A DNA stretch of 64,000 nt, from positions 3,403 through 67,402 of IMG/VR virus record IMGVR_UViG_3300001687_000015; one strand, given 5' to 3'. The number at the start of each line of letters is the position of its first letter. The stretch's first letter is position 1. The notes under the pieces are model-generated. The model did not search any database. It saw only the letters and a program-made list of their open reading frames with translations, and was not told where the DNA came from. The DNA comes from a virus (taxonomy: Duplodnaviria > Caudoviricetes). Position numbers and translations under genes: made by a program. Below, in pieces: positions 1 through 8,616 of the stretch.

Positions 1-258
1 ACGCTTTGCGCTATCCACCGAAACGATTGGAAAGAGTACGCACACGGTATACCCACGATCAATGATTATCTCAGGGCTGCTGGCACGGTGGATTATTACA
101 ACAGGTGTATGGCTGGTCACATGGACGTTCATGAGGAGACTTATCTCGATGCCCAAAGAGAAGCGAAAGAATGGAGTCGAAAAGCCTTCGGGATCGCCAA
201 AAGATGGGTAGCGAAAGCCCAGGCTGCGTGGGAGAAGACGCACAAGGAGGATGACTGA
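1..258 (+). CDS. hypothetical protein, 5'-truncated by window edge
   Basis: Frame 1 open from base 1 to TGA at 256-258 (TLCAIHRNDW...THKEDD); abuts the next ATG at 259. Confidence 0.6.
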   Translation, partial: TLCAIHRNDWKEYAHGIPTINDYLRAAGTVDYYNRCMAGHMDVHEETYLDAQREAKEWSRKAFGIAKRWVAKAQAAWEKTHKEDD

Positions 259-462
259 ATGCCCTGGATCTACATTTTTGATGACTGTTCAGTGTGTAAT
301 GCCACCGGCAAATGCCCTGGCATGGTCGATGGCAAGATGATCATAGATGCCACTTGCGACATGTGCGAGGGCAAGGGCCGCAAACCCTCTTCTATGAGCT
401 TCTACCTGCCAGCGACACTACTTTACCCTGGCGGCGTAAACGAGGAGATGGCAGCGCCATGA
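259..462 (+). CDS. small DnaJ-type zinc-finger protein
   Basis: CSVCNATG...CDMCEGKG, two CxxCxGxG-like knuckles; SD aaggagg upstream. Confidence 0.6.
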   Translation: MPWIYIFDDCSVCNATGKCPGMVDGKMIIDATCDMCEGKGRKPSSMSFYLPATLLYPGGVNEEMAAP

Positions 463-716
463 TCGAAGAATTGGAAAAAATGATGAAGTTTGAGGGACTT
501 AGCGAGGAGCAACTGCAAGCTGTGCCTGAGATTATCAAACAGTGCTACAGGCTGGTTCTGGTGGCCTGTGCCTTCTCAACCATGGATGAGATCTTCGGGG
601 CGCATTTCAATGCGCTGCAGGATCAGTTGAAATGGTTCTCTGAAGAGTGCTACCTGAAGGCATTTGAGCTAGGAAACGATATCTTCATGCGCCGCATGAA
701 GGAGGGGCAAGGCTGA
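459..716 (+). CDS. hypothetical protein
   Basis: ATGA overlap with the previous gene at 459-462; start re-called to ATG 459 (MIEELEKMMKF). Confidence 0.65.
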   Translation: MIEELEKMMKFEGLSEEQLQAVPEIIKQCYRLVLVACAFSTMDEIFGAHFNALQDQLKWFSEECYLKAFELGNDIFMRRMKEGQG

Positions 717-943
717 TGTATCTCTGGTTCTACAGGAGGCAGGATCGATACCAGACCTGGAAGTGGTTCTTTCTGACCGGCTGGGCTATCTGTATGCAAA
801 GTGCCTGGAAACATGTCAGGCGCAGGAACCCACCCTGGATGATCTGGTGGAGCCTGAAGAGCGCAAGTCTCTGCCTCTACTACGCTGTAAAGACAAGGAA
901 AATGCATGGTAGAAAAATATGGATCTATAAAACAGTTCAGTGA
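716..943 (+). CDS. Trp-rich hypothetical protein
   Basis: TGATG overlap at 714-718 and fills the gap between two genes; unusual composition. Confidence 0.4.
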   Translation: MYLWFYRRQDRYQTWKWFFLTGWAICMQSAWKHVRRRNPPWMIWWSLKSASLCLYYAVKTRKMHGRKIWIYKTVQ

Positions 944-1193
944 TGAGGAGCTTGAGGCCGAAGTCAAACGCAGGGCCGATGAGAAAGCCAAGCGTGAGAT
1001 CCCAAAGGTGAACATGGAGGTCACGGCAGCGATGTTGCACCCCCTGGCTGATCTCTGTGCTTCTTACATCGAGCAGTTAGCCGAGGATGAACCTTATGCC
1101 GATGAGAAGCTGAAAGACTACATTTTTGAAGCTGCAATTGAACTCTTCTACGGAAAGGACGTTTGGAAATGGGTGAATCCGAGACTGCAGTGA
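906..1193 (+). CDS. hypothetical protein
   Basis: SD aagga upstream; typical globular composition. Confidence 0.7.
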   Translation: MVEKYGSIKQFSDEELEAEVKRRADEKAKREIPKVNMEVTAAMLHPLADLCASYIEQLAEDEPYADEKLKDYIFEAAIELFYGKDVWKWVNPRLQ

Positions 1194-1402
1194 AACTGGG
1201 CGTGGGTGAAGGCAAATACGAGCATCTGGAGCGGGTGGCCAACAAGTACATCGATGCCAAGATCACCATGACCGAGTGTATGCAGCAACATTTCCGGCAA
1301 CTTTGCACAAAATGCCGCGAGTATGGTAGGTGTGGGGTCTACCGGCAATATTTCCACGCCTGGATGGAACTCCAGAAAGCAGTCGGGAGGGCCAGGAGAT
1401 GA
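1190..1402 (+). CDS. hypothetical protein with CxxC motif
   Basis: GTGA overlap at 1190-1193; CTKCREYGRC. Confidence 0.55.
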   Translation: MKLGVGEGKYEHLERVANKYIDAKITMTECMQQHFRQLCTKCREYGRCGVYRQYFHAWMELQKAVGRARR

Positions 1403-1596
1403 CAACGAAAATGAGCAATGAGGTCTACGACTCACAGCCGGAAGATTGGAAGCTTGGCTTTTTGGCTGGCGTACATTTTGCCACAGAAGTCATGGAAGAG
1501 TCTCTGGCAGATGTCAAGAAGACCATCCTTGAGGAGATCGTAAAAATCAAACAAGGAGGCACCCCAGATGACACAAGTAAGCATGAGCCAAGATGA
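1399..1596 (+). CDS. hypothetical protein
   Basis: ATGA overlap at 1399-1402; start re-called (MTTKMSNEV). Confidence 0.6.
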   Translation: MTTKMSNEVYDSQPEDWKLGFLAGVHFATEVMEESLADVKKTILEEIVKIKQGGTPDDTSKHEPR

Positions 1597-1756
1597 GTTG
1601 AATGCCGCATTGACCAATATGAACATCCAGGGCTACCTGCGGGGCATCCGACACATGTCCAGCCAGTTGGCCGAGATTGTTAGGAGCCTGGAGGCAAGTT
1701 GTCAGGAAATTGAGCGACAGTATAATCTCAGAAAACAGAAGGGGGATGATTCATGA
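1568..1756 (+). CDS. hypothetical coiled-coil protein
   Basis: GGAGG 1555-1559, 8 nt before ATG. Confidence 0.55.
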   Translation: MTQVSMSQDELNAALTNMNIQGYLRGIRHMSSQLAEIVRSLEASCQEIERQYNLRKQKGDDS

Positions 1757-1932
1757 AATACTTCCAAGTAGTGTGGGATAAGCGGTTGGGCAAACAGGAA
1801 CGATTTGAGGCAGATGAATATGAATGGGCAAAGACCGGCTCCATCGTCAAACTCATCAAAGACGATAGAACCGTAGCCTTGGTTTCCAATTTTCAATCGA
1901 TTACGATCATTTATCCCCCTGGAGAGGAATAG
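1753..1932 (+). CDS. hypothetical protein (59 aa, not in ORF track)
   Basis: ATGA overlap; MKYFQVVWDKRLGKQERFEADEYEWAKTGSIVKLIKDDRTVALVSNFQSITIIYPPGEE*. Confidence 0.6.
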   Translation: MKYFQVVWDKRLGKQERFEADEYEWAKTGSIVKLIKDDRTVALVSNFQSITIIYPPGEE

Positions 1933-1936
1933 CATC

Positions 1937-2170
1937 ATGCCTATCTTCAAGTGGATCAGTAATTTGTACACGAGACTCCACATTGCCAGGGGGAACATGA
2001 CCTACTGGCAATGCACCAAGTGCGATTTTGGTTTCTTCGGGAGCCTGGACGGCACCACATGAGCCGGTGCATATCCGGAGCTTCTGTATGGAGCTTGCAA
2101 TCACCATTTCGTGAAACGCCAAGATCTGGCCGAGGAGTGGGCAAGTGGCAAGTCGGGTGGCCGACCTTGA
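1937..2170 (+). CDS. zinc-ribbon-like protein with in-frame TGA at 2060-2062 (readthrough/Sec candidate or pseudogene)
   Basis: SD ggagagg then ATG 1937; WQCTKC...GTT*AGAYPELLYGACNHHFVK...; frame stays open after the TGA to 2170, overlapping the next gene start. Confidence 0.45.
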
Positions 2171-2519
2171 GCGATGGTGGGACGAGGAGATCGGCAAAAC
2201 ATGGCTAGGACAAACTGGCATAGGAGAGGAGCTAGTGATGACAATGGCAGGAGGACAACCAGAAACAGCGAGACAACCAAAACACTCCGAGATCCTTCTC
2301 TCGATCTATCACCTGAGATGTATCGTTGATAGGTATGAGAGTTTTCTGGAAGAAATCAGGGAGGTGGAGGATCAGCGGAAAATAGATAAACACGCAGTTC
2401 CTGACGGCCCCGAACACATGGCTTTGGCCCAGTTCATGGTCGAGGGGGGATTGCGGATTCAGAAGGAAACTGAGCGGCTTGATCAAATACTGCACCAGAT
2501 CAGAGAAATAATCCTTTGA
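2145..2519 (+). CDS. hypothetical protein
   Basis: GAGGAG 2132-2137 then GTG; helical composition; a second SD/ATG lies at 2238. Confidence 0.6.
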   Translation: MASRVADLERWWDEEIGKTWLGQTGIGEELVMTMAGGQPETARQPKHSEILLSIYHLRCIVDRYESFLEEIREVEDQRKIDKHAVPDGPEHMALAQFMVEGGLRIQKETERLDQILHQIREIIL

Positions 2520-2812
2520 ACGAAAACGAGCTTACCAACGAGATCGTAAAACTACTCAGGCGCTGTGGGGTCTGGTGCTACCGGACGCACCGTCCGATAT
2601 TCCCCCCACCCCCAGAAAATGCCGGTATCGCTGACATTGCCGGTATCTACGATTTCCGGCCCCTCTACATCGAAGTGAAGGGGCCGCGCACCAAGATCAA
2701 ACCCGAACAGATAACCTTTGGCGAGAACGTGAAAGAGCGTGGCGGGATCTGGTTCATCGCGCAGTCTTTTGAAGACGTTATCAGGGAGTTGGATCTGCCG
2801 GTGCTTTTTTAG
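2516..2812 (+). CDS. VRR-NUC family nuclease
   Basis: NE..L...I, GIADI, IEVK, Q..F, GG.W.IA.S.EDV pattern of phage VRR-NUC PD-(D/E)XK proteins. Confidence 0.85.
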   Translation: MNENELTNEIVKLLRRCGVWCYRTHRPIFPPPPENAGIADIAGIYDFRPLYIEVKGPRTKIKPEQITFGENVKERGGIWFIAQSFEDVIRELDLPVLF

Positions 2813-2824
2813 GAACTTTGCTGT

Positions 2825-2920
2825 ATGGGAAAAAAGAAGAAGAAAAATCCCTCCAAAAAACAGAAACATAAGAAGAAACAACGCAAACTGAAAAAACGTA
2901 AAGGCCGCGGGGGGAGGTGA
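2825..2920 (+). CDS. polybasic 31-aa peptide (not in ORF track)
   Basis: MGKKKKKNPSKKQKHKKKQRKLKKRKGRGGR*, 15 Lys + 4 Arg; exactly fills the gap between two genes. Confidence 0.5.
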   Translation: MGKKKKKNPSKKQKHKKKQRKLKKRKGRGGR

Positions 2921-2925
2921 TACGA

Positions 2926-3468
2926 GTGCCGAGTAAGACAGCCGAGGAACTGCCAACTATCGTGAATTACGCCATGACCACATCTCAAGCCCTGGATCAT
3001 TCATCCGGCGACATGCTGGGGCAATCAACCTACGTTATGGGACGCAGACCGCAGTTCCAATATCCCACAGTGGAACCCTGGCCAAAGGTGGATCTTGACC
3101 TGGAGGCCGAATATAGACACATGCCTGACCGTGGCGAGGACTACTACGAGGAGGAGGAGATGGCCAAGAAATCGACCAAGAGGATGCTCAGAATCGTGAA
3201 AATTTACATCGCAGACAGACATCCTGATGTACCCCTGGAGGAGGCAATGCTCTACAAGTCTCCGGAGGAATTTGTCACTGATATGGACAACCAGGAGCTT
3301 TTCTACACGATCCCGATCATGGAGGTGCTTGAAGATCACAACGCTAAACGTGTAACATGGCTAGATAAAGAGGCCACACGAATGGCTGGCAGGGACGTTA
3401 TGCTGGAGCCGATCCGCACCAAAGATCTCGATATGGTGGTGACGGATCACGCAGACTTTGACAGATAG
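2926..3468 (+). CDS. conserved-looking phage hypothetical protein
   Basis: GGAGG 2913-2917 then GTG 2926; globular C-terminal half (RIVKIYIAD.HPDVPLEEA...DNQELFY...HNAKRV...LEP). Confidence 0.7.
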   Translation: MPSKTAEELPTIVNYAMTTSQALDHSSGDMLGQSTYVMGRRPQFQYPTVEPWPKVDLDLEAEYRHMPDRGEDYYEEEEMAKKSTKRMLRIVKIYIADRHPDVPLEEAMLYKSPEEFVTDMDNQELFYTIPIMEVLEDHNAKRVTWLDKEATRMAGRDVMLEPIRTKDLDMVVTDHADFDR

Positions 3469-3477
3469 GAGATTGCC

Positions 3478-3663
3478 ATGCTTGAGATCCTGGGAATGCT
3501 GTTCCTGCTGGAGTATCTCTACAGCTATGCAGCAAGAGAGTGTGTGTGTCAGTGCGCGAGAGAGCGCAACTATGAGGACGGTATCGGCCACTCCACAGGC
3601 GCTCTTGGAAATAGCACAGGAGCCATGTATGGGTCAACCGGAGGAGTCAACTACAGTTACTGA
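3478..3663 (+). CDS. small hypothetical protein with hydrophobic N-terminus
   Basis: SD aggag; MLEILGMLFLLEYLYSY then CVCQC. Confidence 0.45.
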   Translation: MLEILGMLFLLEYLYSYAARECVCQCARERNYEDGIGHSTGALGNSTGAMYGSTGGVNYSY

Positions 3664-3677
3664 CAAGGAGGTTTGTT

Positions 3678-3998
3678 ATGGAACATGAGGACAATCTGAA
3701 GGCTGGAATCGCACTGCTGAAGAAGATCCCCCTGAACATGCTCACCGAAGATGCCCAGGCACTGTTTACCAAGGGTATCGAGATGATTGAGGTCTGGGCG
3801 GCTGAAGGGGAAAGCGGCATGACTGAGGATCAGAAACAGGATGCCATCATCGCAATGAAAGAGGCCGAACAGTACGCTGAAGTCGATCCTAGGGAGGAAG
3901 GTGGCACCCTCCATGCCGAGGACGCTCACAGTACCGTTGATGACCAGATGGAGGCAGACCTTGAGGAGGCTACCAAGAAGGCTCTAGAGGAGGAGTAA
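3678..3998 (+). CDS. acidic hypothetical protein
   Basis: SD aaggagg; Glu/Asp-rich. Confidence 0.7.
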   Translation: MEHEDNLKAGIALLKKIPLNMLTEDAQALFTKGIEMIEVWAAEGESGMTEDQKQDAIIAMKEAEQYAEVDPREEGGTLHAEDAHSTVDDQMEADLEEATKKALEEE

Positions 3999-4010
3999 AC
4001 AAAAGAGAAA

Positions 4011-4032
4011 AGCCGGTCTGGCGCAACCGGCT
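4011..4032. terminator. hairpin, possible terminator for antisense (minus) transcription
   Basis: agccggt/accggct 7-bp stem, preceded on + by aaaagagaaa (U-rich tail on the minus strand). Confidence 0.35.
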
Positions 4033-4079
4033 ATCCCCTACAAGGCATTGAGTGTTGAACAGCAATCTGGCTAGGAGCT

Positions 4080-4400
4080 ATGCGAATACTCTCAAATGCC
4101 AGTGGGGGATGTCAAGTGAAACCTAAATCCAACCTACCACCGAAAGCTGTCCGGAAACTCCAATTAGACGATCCCAAACGAATTGAAGCCGAATATCTCG
4201 ATGTCGAGCGCCTCGATGGAGCCAAGGGAATTTCCAAGTTCCTGGGCATCAGTGTAAGCGTTTTCTATGACAAGCTCCGCTGGGATATGGAGGCTGCAGG
4301 GATAATCTTCTACCGGCCAAAACGATCAAAACTACCACAGCAACTGTTCACCTACAAACGGCTGGTGATGAACTACATGATCAAGCGGAAAAGGATCTGA
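4080..4400 (+). CDS. helix-turn-helix DNA-binding protein (possible late regulator)
   Basis: GAKGISKFLGISVSVFYDKL helix-turn-helix pattern; directly upstream of the terminase genes. Confidence 0.55.
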   Translation: MRILSNASGGCQVKPKSNLPPKAVRKLQLDDPKRIEAEYLDVERLDGAKGISKFLGISVSVFYDKLRWDMEAAGIIFYRPKRSKLPQQLFTYKRLVMNYMIKRKRI

Positions 4401-4437
4401 TTTGACAAAGTGGTCATTTTTCTGAGATCCTAATACT

Positions 4438-4902
4438 ATGGCCAAGAAAAAGAATCTACCACCCACTACAACACCAGAAGAGATGTGCGCGGAGGTAATG
4501 GAATCCTATGAGGCGGCGGCACGGCGTAAGGGTATTGATGAGGACATGTTGGCCAGGAAAGGCAAGGCTGAACTCAATGCGAAGCTCGTAAAAGTCCACA
4601 AGGTTCCAGGGGAGTTGAGAGCAGACAGCCCCGATCTTCCCAGAGGCTACAGGATTCTGGGAGTTTTCGTGGATGACGAGGACGGCACCACGACCTTGAT
4701 TGAACAGTCCATGCCCGATTTCACAATTAGACAGAAAGGGAGAGAAAGTCAACACAGGCTCTATGATCACTTCCCAGCCGAAAGACGCATCAATGAGCAT
4801 CGGAGCATCACATTTATCAGCATGATGCCGGAGCCTGACCCACCGCCCGAAGAGGATGACCCCAATGCGCGGATCTCTGGAACTGAGCATCTACTGGAAT
4901 GA
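4438..4902 (+). CDS. putative terminase small subunit
   Basis: Position only: immediately upstream of terL with ATGA overlap; size 154 aa. Confidence 0.5.
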   Translation: MAKKKNLPPTTTPEEMCAEVMESYEAAARRKGIDEDMLARKGKAELNAKLVKVHKVPGELRADSPDLPRGYRILGVFVDDEDGTTTLIEQSMPDFTIRQKGRESQHRLYDHFPAERRINEHRSITFISMMPEPDPPPEEDDPNARISGTEHLLE

Positions 4903-6458
4903 ATACGGCGCAGCGGTTTGAATTTGAGTCTGAGTACGAACCTCAGCCAAAACAAGCCATCCTCCACAGATGCCCAGCAAATGAGATCCTTTATGGCGGG
5001 GCCGCTGGCCCTGGCAAGTCTCATGCGCTGCGGCAAGAAGCTCTCTATTGGGCTACCAGAATCGATGGCTTGAATGTCTATCTTTTCCGCAGAACCTACC
5101 CAGAATTGGAAAAAAACCACATTCTGCCTTCCCTGGCAGAATTCCCTATTGGATATGCTCGATATCGTGACCAGAAAAGGCGCTGGGAATTCCCTAATGG
5201 TTCAATTATCCACATGTGTCACTCCCAACACGAGAAGGACATTTTCCAGTACCAGGGAGCGGAAGTCCATCTTCTCCTCATCGATGAATTAACGACATTT
5301 ACAGAATTTATGTACGACTACATCAGGGCGCGTGTGCGTTGCACCCTGGAGATCCCAGAAGAATGGAATCACCGTATCCCAGGTATCATCTGCGCCTCAA
5401 ACCCTGGAGGCATCGGCCATGAGTTCGTCAAAAGACGCTGGGTGGATTACGTTGAGCCTTATGCGTTCCGTAGAGCATCCTCTCGCGAGGGCGGTATGCT
5501 CCGCAGCTACATCCCAGGTCTGCTTGAGGACAACAAAATCCTCATGGAGCGCGATCCCGACTACATCAAACGATTGGACGGCCTCCCAGAACCATTCCGC
5601 ACTGCCTACAAGGAGGGCAACTGGGATATCTTTGTAGGCCAGATGTTCTATTTTCAACGCGATCACCACGTTTGTGCGCCGCTTCCGATCCCTGACAATG
5701 CCCAAGTCTACATGACCTTCGATTGGGGCTTCGGGAAGCCGTATTCCTGCGGTTGGTGGTGGGCTGATGCCGATGGTAGGCTCTACAGGTTTGGTGAGCT
5801 TTACGGCTGGAATGGCACCGTTAACGAGGGGATTAGACAGACTGACAGCCAGATAGCCGAGTCCATCATCGAGCGCGAGATCGAGTTGGGTCTGAGACAC
5901 ATAAACAAGACACCCACCCGAAAGGTCTTGAGGCTGGCCGGTCATGATTGCTGGGCCAAGAAACCCGACTACAAAGGCGGTGGCCAGGGGCCGACCACCA
6001 TGGAGGTCTTCGCCAGATACAATCTCTATTTTTCCAAAGGAGATCCCACCCGCACGTTAAAGATACGGCAATTCCACGAGCGCCTTCGCATACCAGATGA
6101 AGGCCGACCAATGGTGCAAATTTACAACACCTGCAAGCACTTCATCCGCACCATTCCCTTACTACAGGCCAATTCCAATGATATCGAGGATGTGGACACC
6201 GACATGGAAGACCATGTCTACGATGAAGCGTGTCACATCTTCATGGCGCGGCCAATCACGCCGAGAATCAAACCGAAACCGCAATCGAGCTACGAGAAGC
6301 GCATCGACAATCTGTACAAGGGCGGCGCGGATAGCTACGAGCGCATGGCCATCTACGAGCAGGAAACCACTATGGAACATCTCCAGCCAGGGGCCGTGGA
6401 GTCCCTGGATGCAGAAGAGTACGAAGATGGGATGATGTTCTCAACGATGGGAGAGTAA
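4899..6458 (+). CDS. terL: terminase large subunit
   Basis: Walker A YGGAAGPGKS, Walker B LLIDELTTF, ASNPGG coupling motif, nuclease MTFDWGF and EDHVYDE. Confidence 0.95.
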   Translation: MNTAQRFEFESEYEPQPKQAILHRCPANEILYGGAAGPGKSHALRQEALYWATRIDGLNVYLFRRTYPELEKNHILPSLAEFPIGYARYRDQKRRWEFPNGSIIHMCHSQHEKDIFQYQGAEVHLLLIDELTTFTEFMYDYIRARVRCTLEIPEEWNHRIPGIICASNPGGIGHEFVKRRWVDYVEPYAFRRASSREGGMLRSYIPGLLEDNKILMERDPDYIKRLDGLPEPFRTAYKEGNWDIFVGQMFYFQRDHHVCAPLPIPDNAQVYMTFDWGFGKPYSCGWWWADADGRLYRFGELYGWNGTVNEGIRQTDSQIAESIIEREIELGLRHINKTPTRKVLRLAGHDCWAKKPDYKGGGQGPTTMEVFARYNLYFSKGDPTRTLKIRQFHERLRIPDEGRPMVQIYNTCKHFIRTIPLLQANSNDIEDVDTDMEDHVYDEACHIFMARPITPRIKPKPQSSYEKRIDNLYKGGADSYERMAIYEQETTMEHLQPGAVESLDAEEYEDGMMFSTMGE

Positions 6459-6460
6459 CC

Positions 6461-6856
6461 ATGTCACTGACCAGACGATTGTGGGAGCAGTTTGGCAAAC
6501 TGGGCGCTGGGGGGTATTCCAAGCGCAAGTGGCAACCTAGCGACACTGGGGGGGAATTTCGTTACTACGGTAGAAACCTGCCAGCAAGCGGGAGGTATTC
6601 TGGAACCCCTGGCAGCAAGCGAGACATCTACGACATGTTCCCCAAGTATGTCTCAGATGCCGATGTTAAAGATTACACCACTGAGCAGAAGATGCTCGAT
6701 AGGGGAATGCGGCGCTTCATGATTGCGAGAGGTCAGCCAGGAATGGGGCCGAGAGATCCCAAAACCGGCAAAGCCACCCCTGGCGCAATCTACCAGTACA
6801 GCAGACCATATTCCCCATTCCGAGGGTTTCGCGGCAAGTACTCAGCCTGGAGGTAG
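6461..6856 (+). CDS. basic Gly/Arg/Tyr-rich hypothetical protein
   Basis: SD ggag; 2 nt after the terL stop. Confidence 0.6.
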   Translation: MSLTRRLWEQFGKLGAGGYSKRKWQPSDTGGEFRYYGRNLPASGRYSGTPGSKRDIYDMFPKYVSDADVKDYTTEQKMLDRGMRRFMIARGQPGMGPRDPKTGKATPGAIYQYSRPYSPFRGFRGKYSAWR

Positions 6857-6859
6857 ACG

Positions 6860-7093
6860 ATGGCAACATTGGCAGATTTTCCCAATCTGTATTGGCAAAG
6901 GTCAAAAACACAGCAACCCAATGAAGCCCTCAAGCGAAAGCGGAACCGGCGACTTACCCAAGCCTACGCGAGTGGTCACTTCGGGCAGAATATCCAGCGC
7001 GGTCAAGACGCTGGTGGTGCAATTAACCCCATGAGATGGCAACCCTTCTTGCTCCGAACCGGATCTAAGTGGGACAGGGAGGAGCCTGTGTAA
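6860..7093 (+). CDS. basic hypothetical protein
   Basis: SD ggagg; tight packing. Confidence 0.55.
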   Translation: MATLADFPNLYWQRSKTQQPNEALKRKRNRRLTQAYASGHFGQNIQRGQDAGGAINPMRWQPFLLRTGSKWDREEPV

Positions 7094-7105
7094 GGAACAT
7101 TAGAG

Positions 7106-7336
7106 ATGTACGATCCGACACTCGATGAAGAAGAAGATAGCCCTCCTGCGACAGGGAAGGCTACTGATGATAGCCCTGGTGGGGGGTTCAGGATGAAGGT
7201 TCACAAGCAAGAAATAAAACGGCTGAGACTGCAGCAAGCACAGTACCACATGACACAAGGGCGACATGCTCACCTTGATCTTGCTGGAGGACGCAGGGCA
7301 TCTGTGTTCCTGGGTCAGCGATTGGAGGATTATTGA
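7106..7336 (+). CDS. hypothetical protein
   Basis: SD aagga; acidic N-terminus, basic C-terminus. Confidence 0.45.
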   Translation: MYDPTLDEEEDSPPATGKATDDSPGGGFRMKVHKQEIKRLRLQQAQYHMTQGRHAHLDLAGGRRASVFLGQRLEDY

Positions 7337-7581
7337 TGCCACTTGGCGTGTTCAACCCTGAAGGCAGGGGCTACGACTACACCTCTGCCAGGAAATACGG
7401 CCTGAAAGCCATGGGATACCCCCCGCACTGGCCCAGTAGAGTTCCGCAGACCGGCCTGATCCTCAAGGGCCGGAAGCATAAGACTTGGGCCATGACCGCA
7501 GCAGGGGAGGAGGCAAAAGGCTACAAGATCACGAGGCGAAACAACCGCTACTACTCATTCAGACGACCTGGAGGGGTATGA
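7336..7581 (+). CDS. small basic globular protein
   Basis: TGATG overlap, SD ggagg; FNPEGRGYDY...HWPSRVPQTGLILKGRKH. Confidence 0.65.
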   Translation: MPLGVFNPEGRGYDYTSARKYGLKAMGYPPHWPSRVPQTGLILKGRKHKTWAMTAAGEEAKGYKITRRNNRYYSFRRPGGV

Positions 7582-7709
7582 TGCCAAAAACGGTATGGGA
7601 TTGGGACTTCGAACGGTGGGAAGCCGCTAGGCAGACTACGCCAAGGGTTGACCCCAGATTCCATCATCGGCAGAAAAGGCTTAACCAAGCAAGATTATGG
7701 CAGATATGA
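7578..7709 (+). CDS. small hypothetical protein
   Basis: ATGA overlap, SD ggagg; MMPKTVWDWDFERWE... Confidence 0.45.
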   Translation: MMPKTVWDWDFERWEAARQTTPRVDPRFHHRQKRLNQARLWQI

Positions 7710-7972
7710 ACGCAGAAGTTGTCAGGATGCTTGCCGATCTGGTGGATGCTTTAGCTGGCGTTGCCATCGGTTTTGTGGGTATCCTGCTTGGCTACTGGAT
7801 GGGCAGAAACAGCGCAGAACGGCCCTTTGTCCAGAATACACAACCGGCCCAGGCTGACCAGGGATCTACCGAGGAGCCTGGAGGCGATATCTTCACAGAG
7901 GCCATGGTCGAGCCGCCTGAGAAAGAAGAGAAAGGAATTCCGACTATCATCGGAGATAAGAGATTGCCATGA
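7697..7972 (+). CDS. single-pass membrane protein
   Basis: Hydrophobic helix ALAGVAIGFVGILLGYWMG then acidic tail. Confidence 0.65.
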   Translation: MADMNAEVVRMLADLVDALAGVAIGFVGILLGYWMGRNSAERPFVQNTQPAQADQGSTEEPGGDIFTEAMVEPPEKEEKGIPTIIGDKRLP

Positions 7973-8616
7973 GTAAACACCAGCTTATGTGTGAGATCTG
8001 CCGCCAGACCATTGGCATGTTTCACACAGAGGATATTGCAGAACCCATCAAGGGAGCCATGTTTCAATCCAAAGATCCGAGACATGGCTTCCCCCCTCCC
8101 TTCCTCTCCCCAGCCCTGGAATGGGAGGATATGAAGTGTCCCTACTGCGGCCACCGGCCATTTCAGGCGCGAGGCTACATCATGACAGAGCGCGGATACT
8201 GGTCAATTGAGAGCGATAAATACGTTGACCCCCCACGCGCAGGGCTGGATGAAAGGGCGCTGGCTGAGAAGATGATGCATGAGCGCCCAGATCGGGACTA
8301 CGATGCCGATATCAGGGCCAGGATTGATGCCGACAGGGCCGGATCGGTGGTTGACTATGATCCCACCGATCAGGCTCCTACCGAACCGGCACCGCCCACT
8401 GAGGCAATCCCCCTGAATTACGGCCCCGATGTGGCAGAGGAATATGGTGGGACGCTCGACCCAGGCCCAAAATACAAGGACATGACACCGGAGGAGAAGA
8501 AGGCAGAAATCGCACGGCGCATAGAGATAGATGCCCAGCAGGAGGCAGAAGATGGCGACAGTGGATCTCAAGGGAACGGCACCGGCTCCGGACAAGCATC
8601 TGCAGCTAACGAGTGA
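7969..8616 (+). CDS. zinc-ribbon protein with acidic/Pro-rich tail
   Basis: CEIC...CPYC pair; ATGA overlap. Confidence 0.7.
   Translation: MSKHQLMCEICRQTIGMFHTEDIAEPIKGAMFQSKDPRHGFPPPFLSPALEWEDMKCPYCGHRPFQARGYIMTERGYWSIESDKYVDPPRAGLDERALAEKMMHERPDRDYDADIRARIDADRAGSVVDYDPTDQAPTEPAPPTEAIPLNYGPDVAEEYGGTLDPGPKYKDMTPEEKKAEIARRIEIDAQQEAEDGDSGSQGNGTGSGQASAANE

Noticed and set aside
2059-2208. Alternative ORF starting at the ATGA overlap after the 2060 TGA
   Set aside because: No recognisable features and a 64-nt overlap with the next gene; it remains the main alternative to the readthrough model
4402-4437. Sigma70 promoter before the terminase small subunit
   Set aside because: TTGACA is present but the nearest -10-like hexamer is 23 nt away
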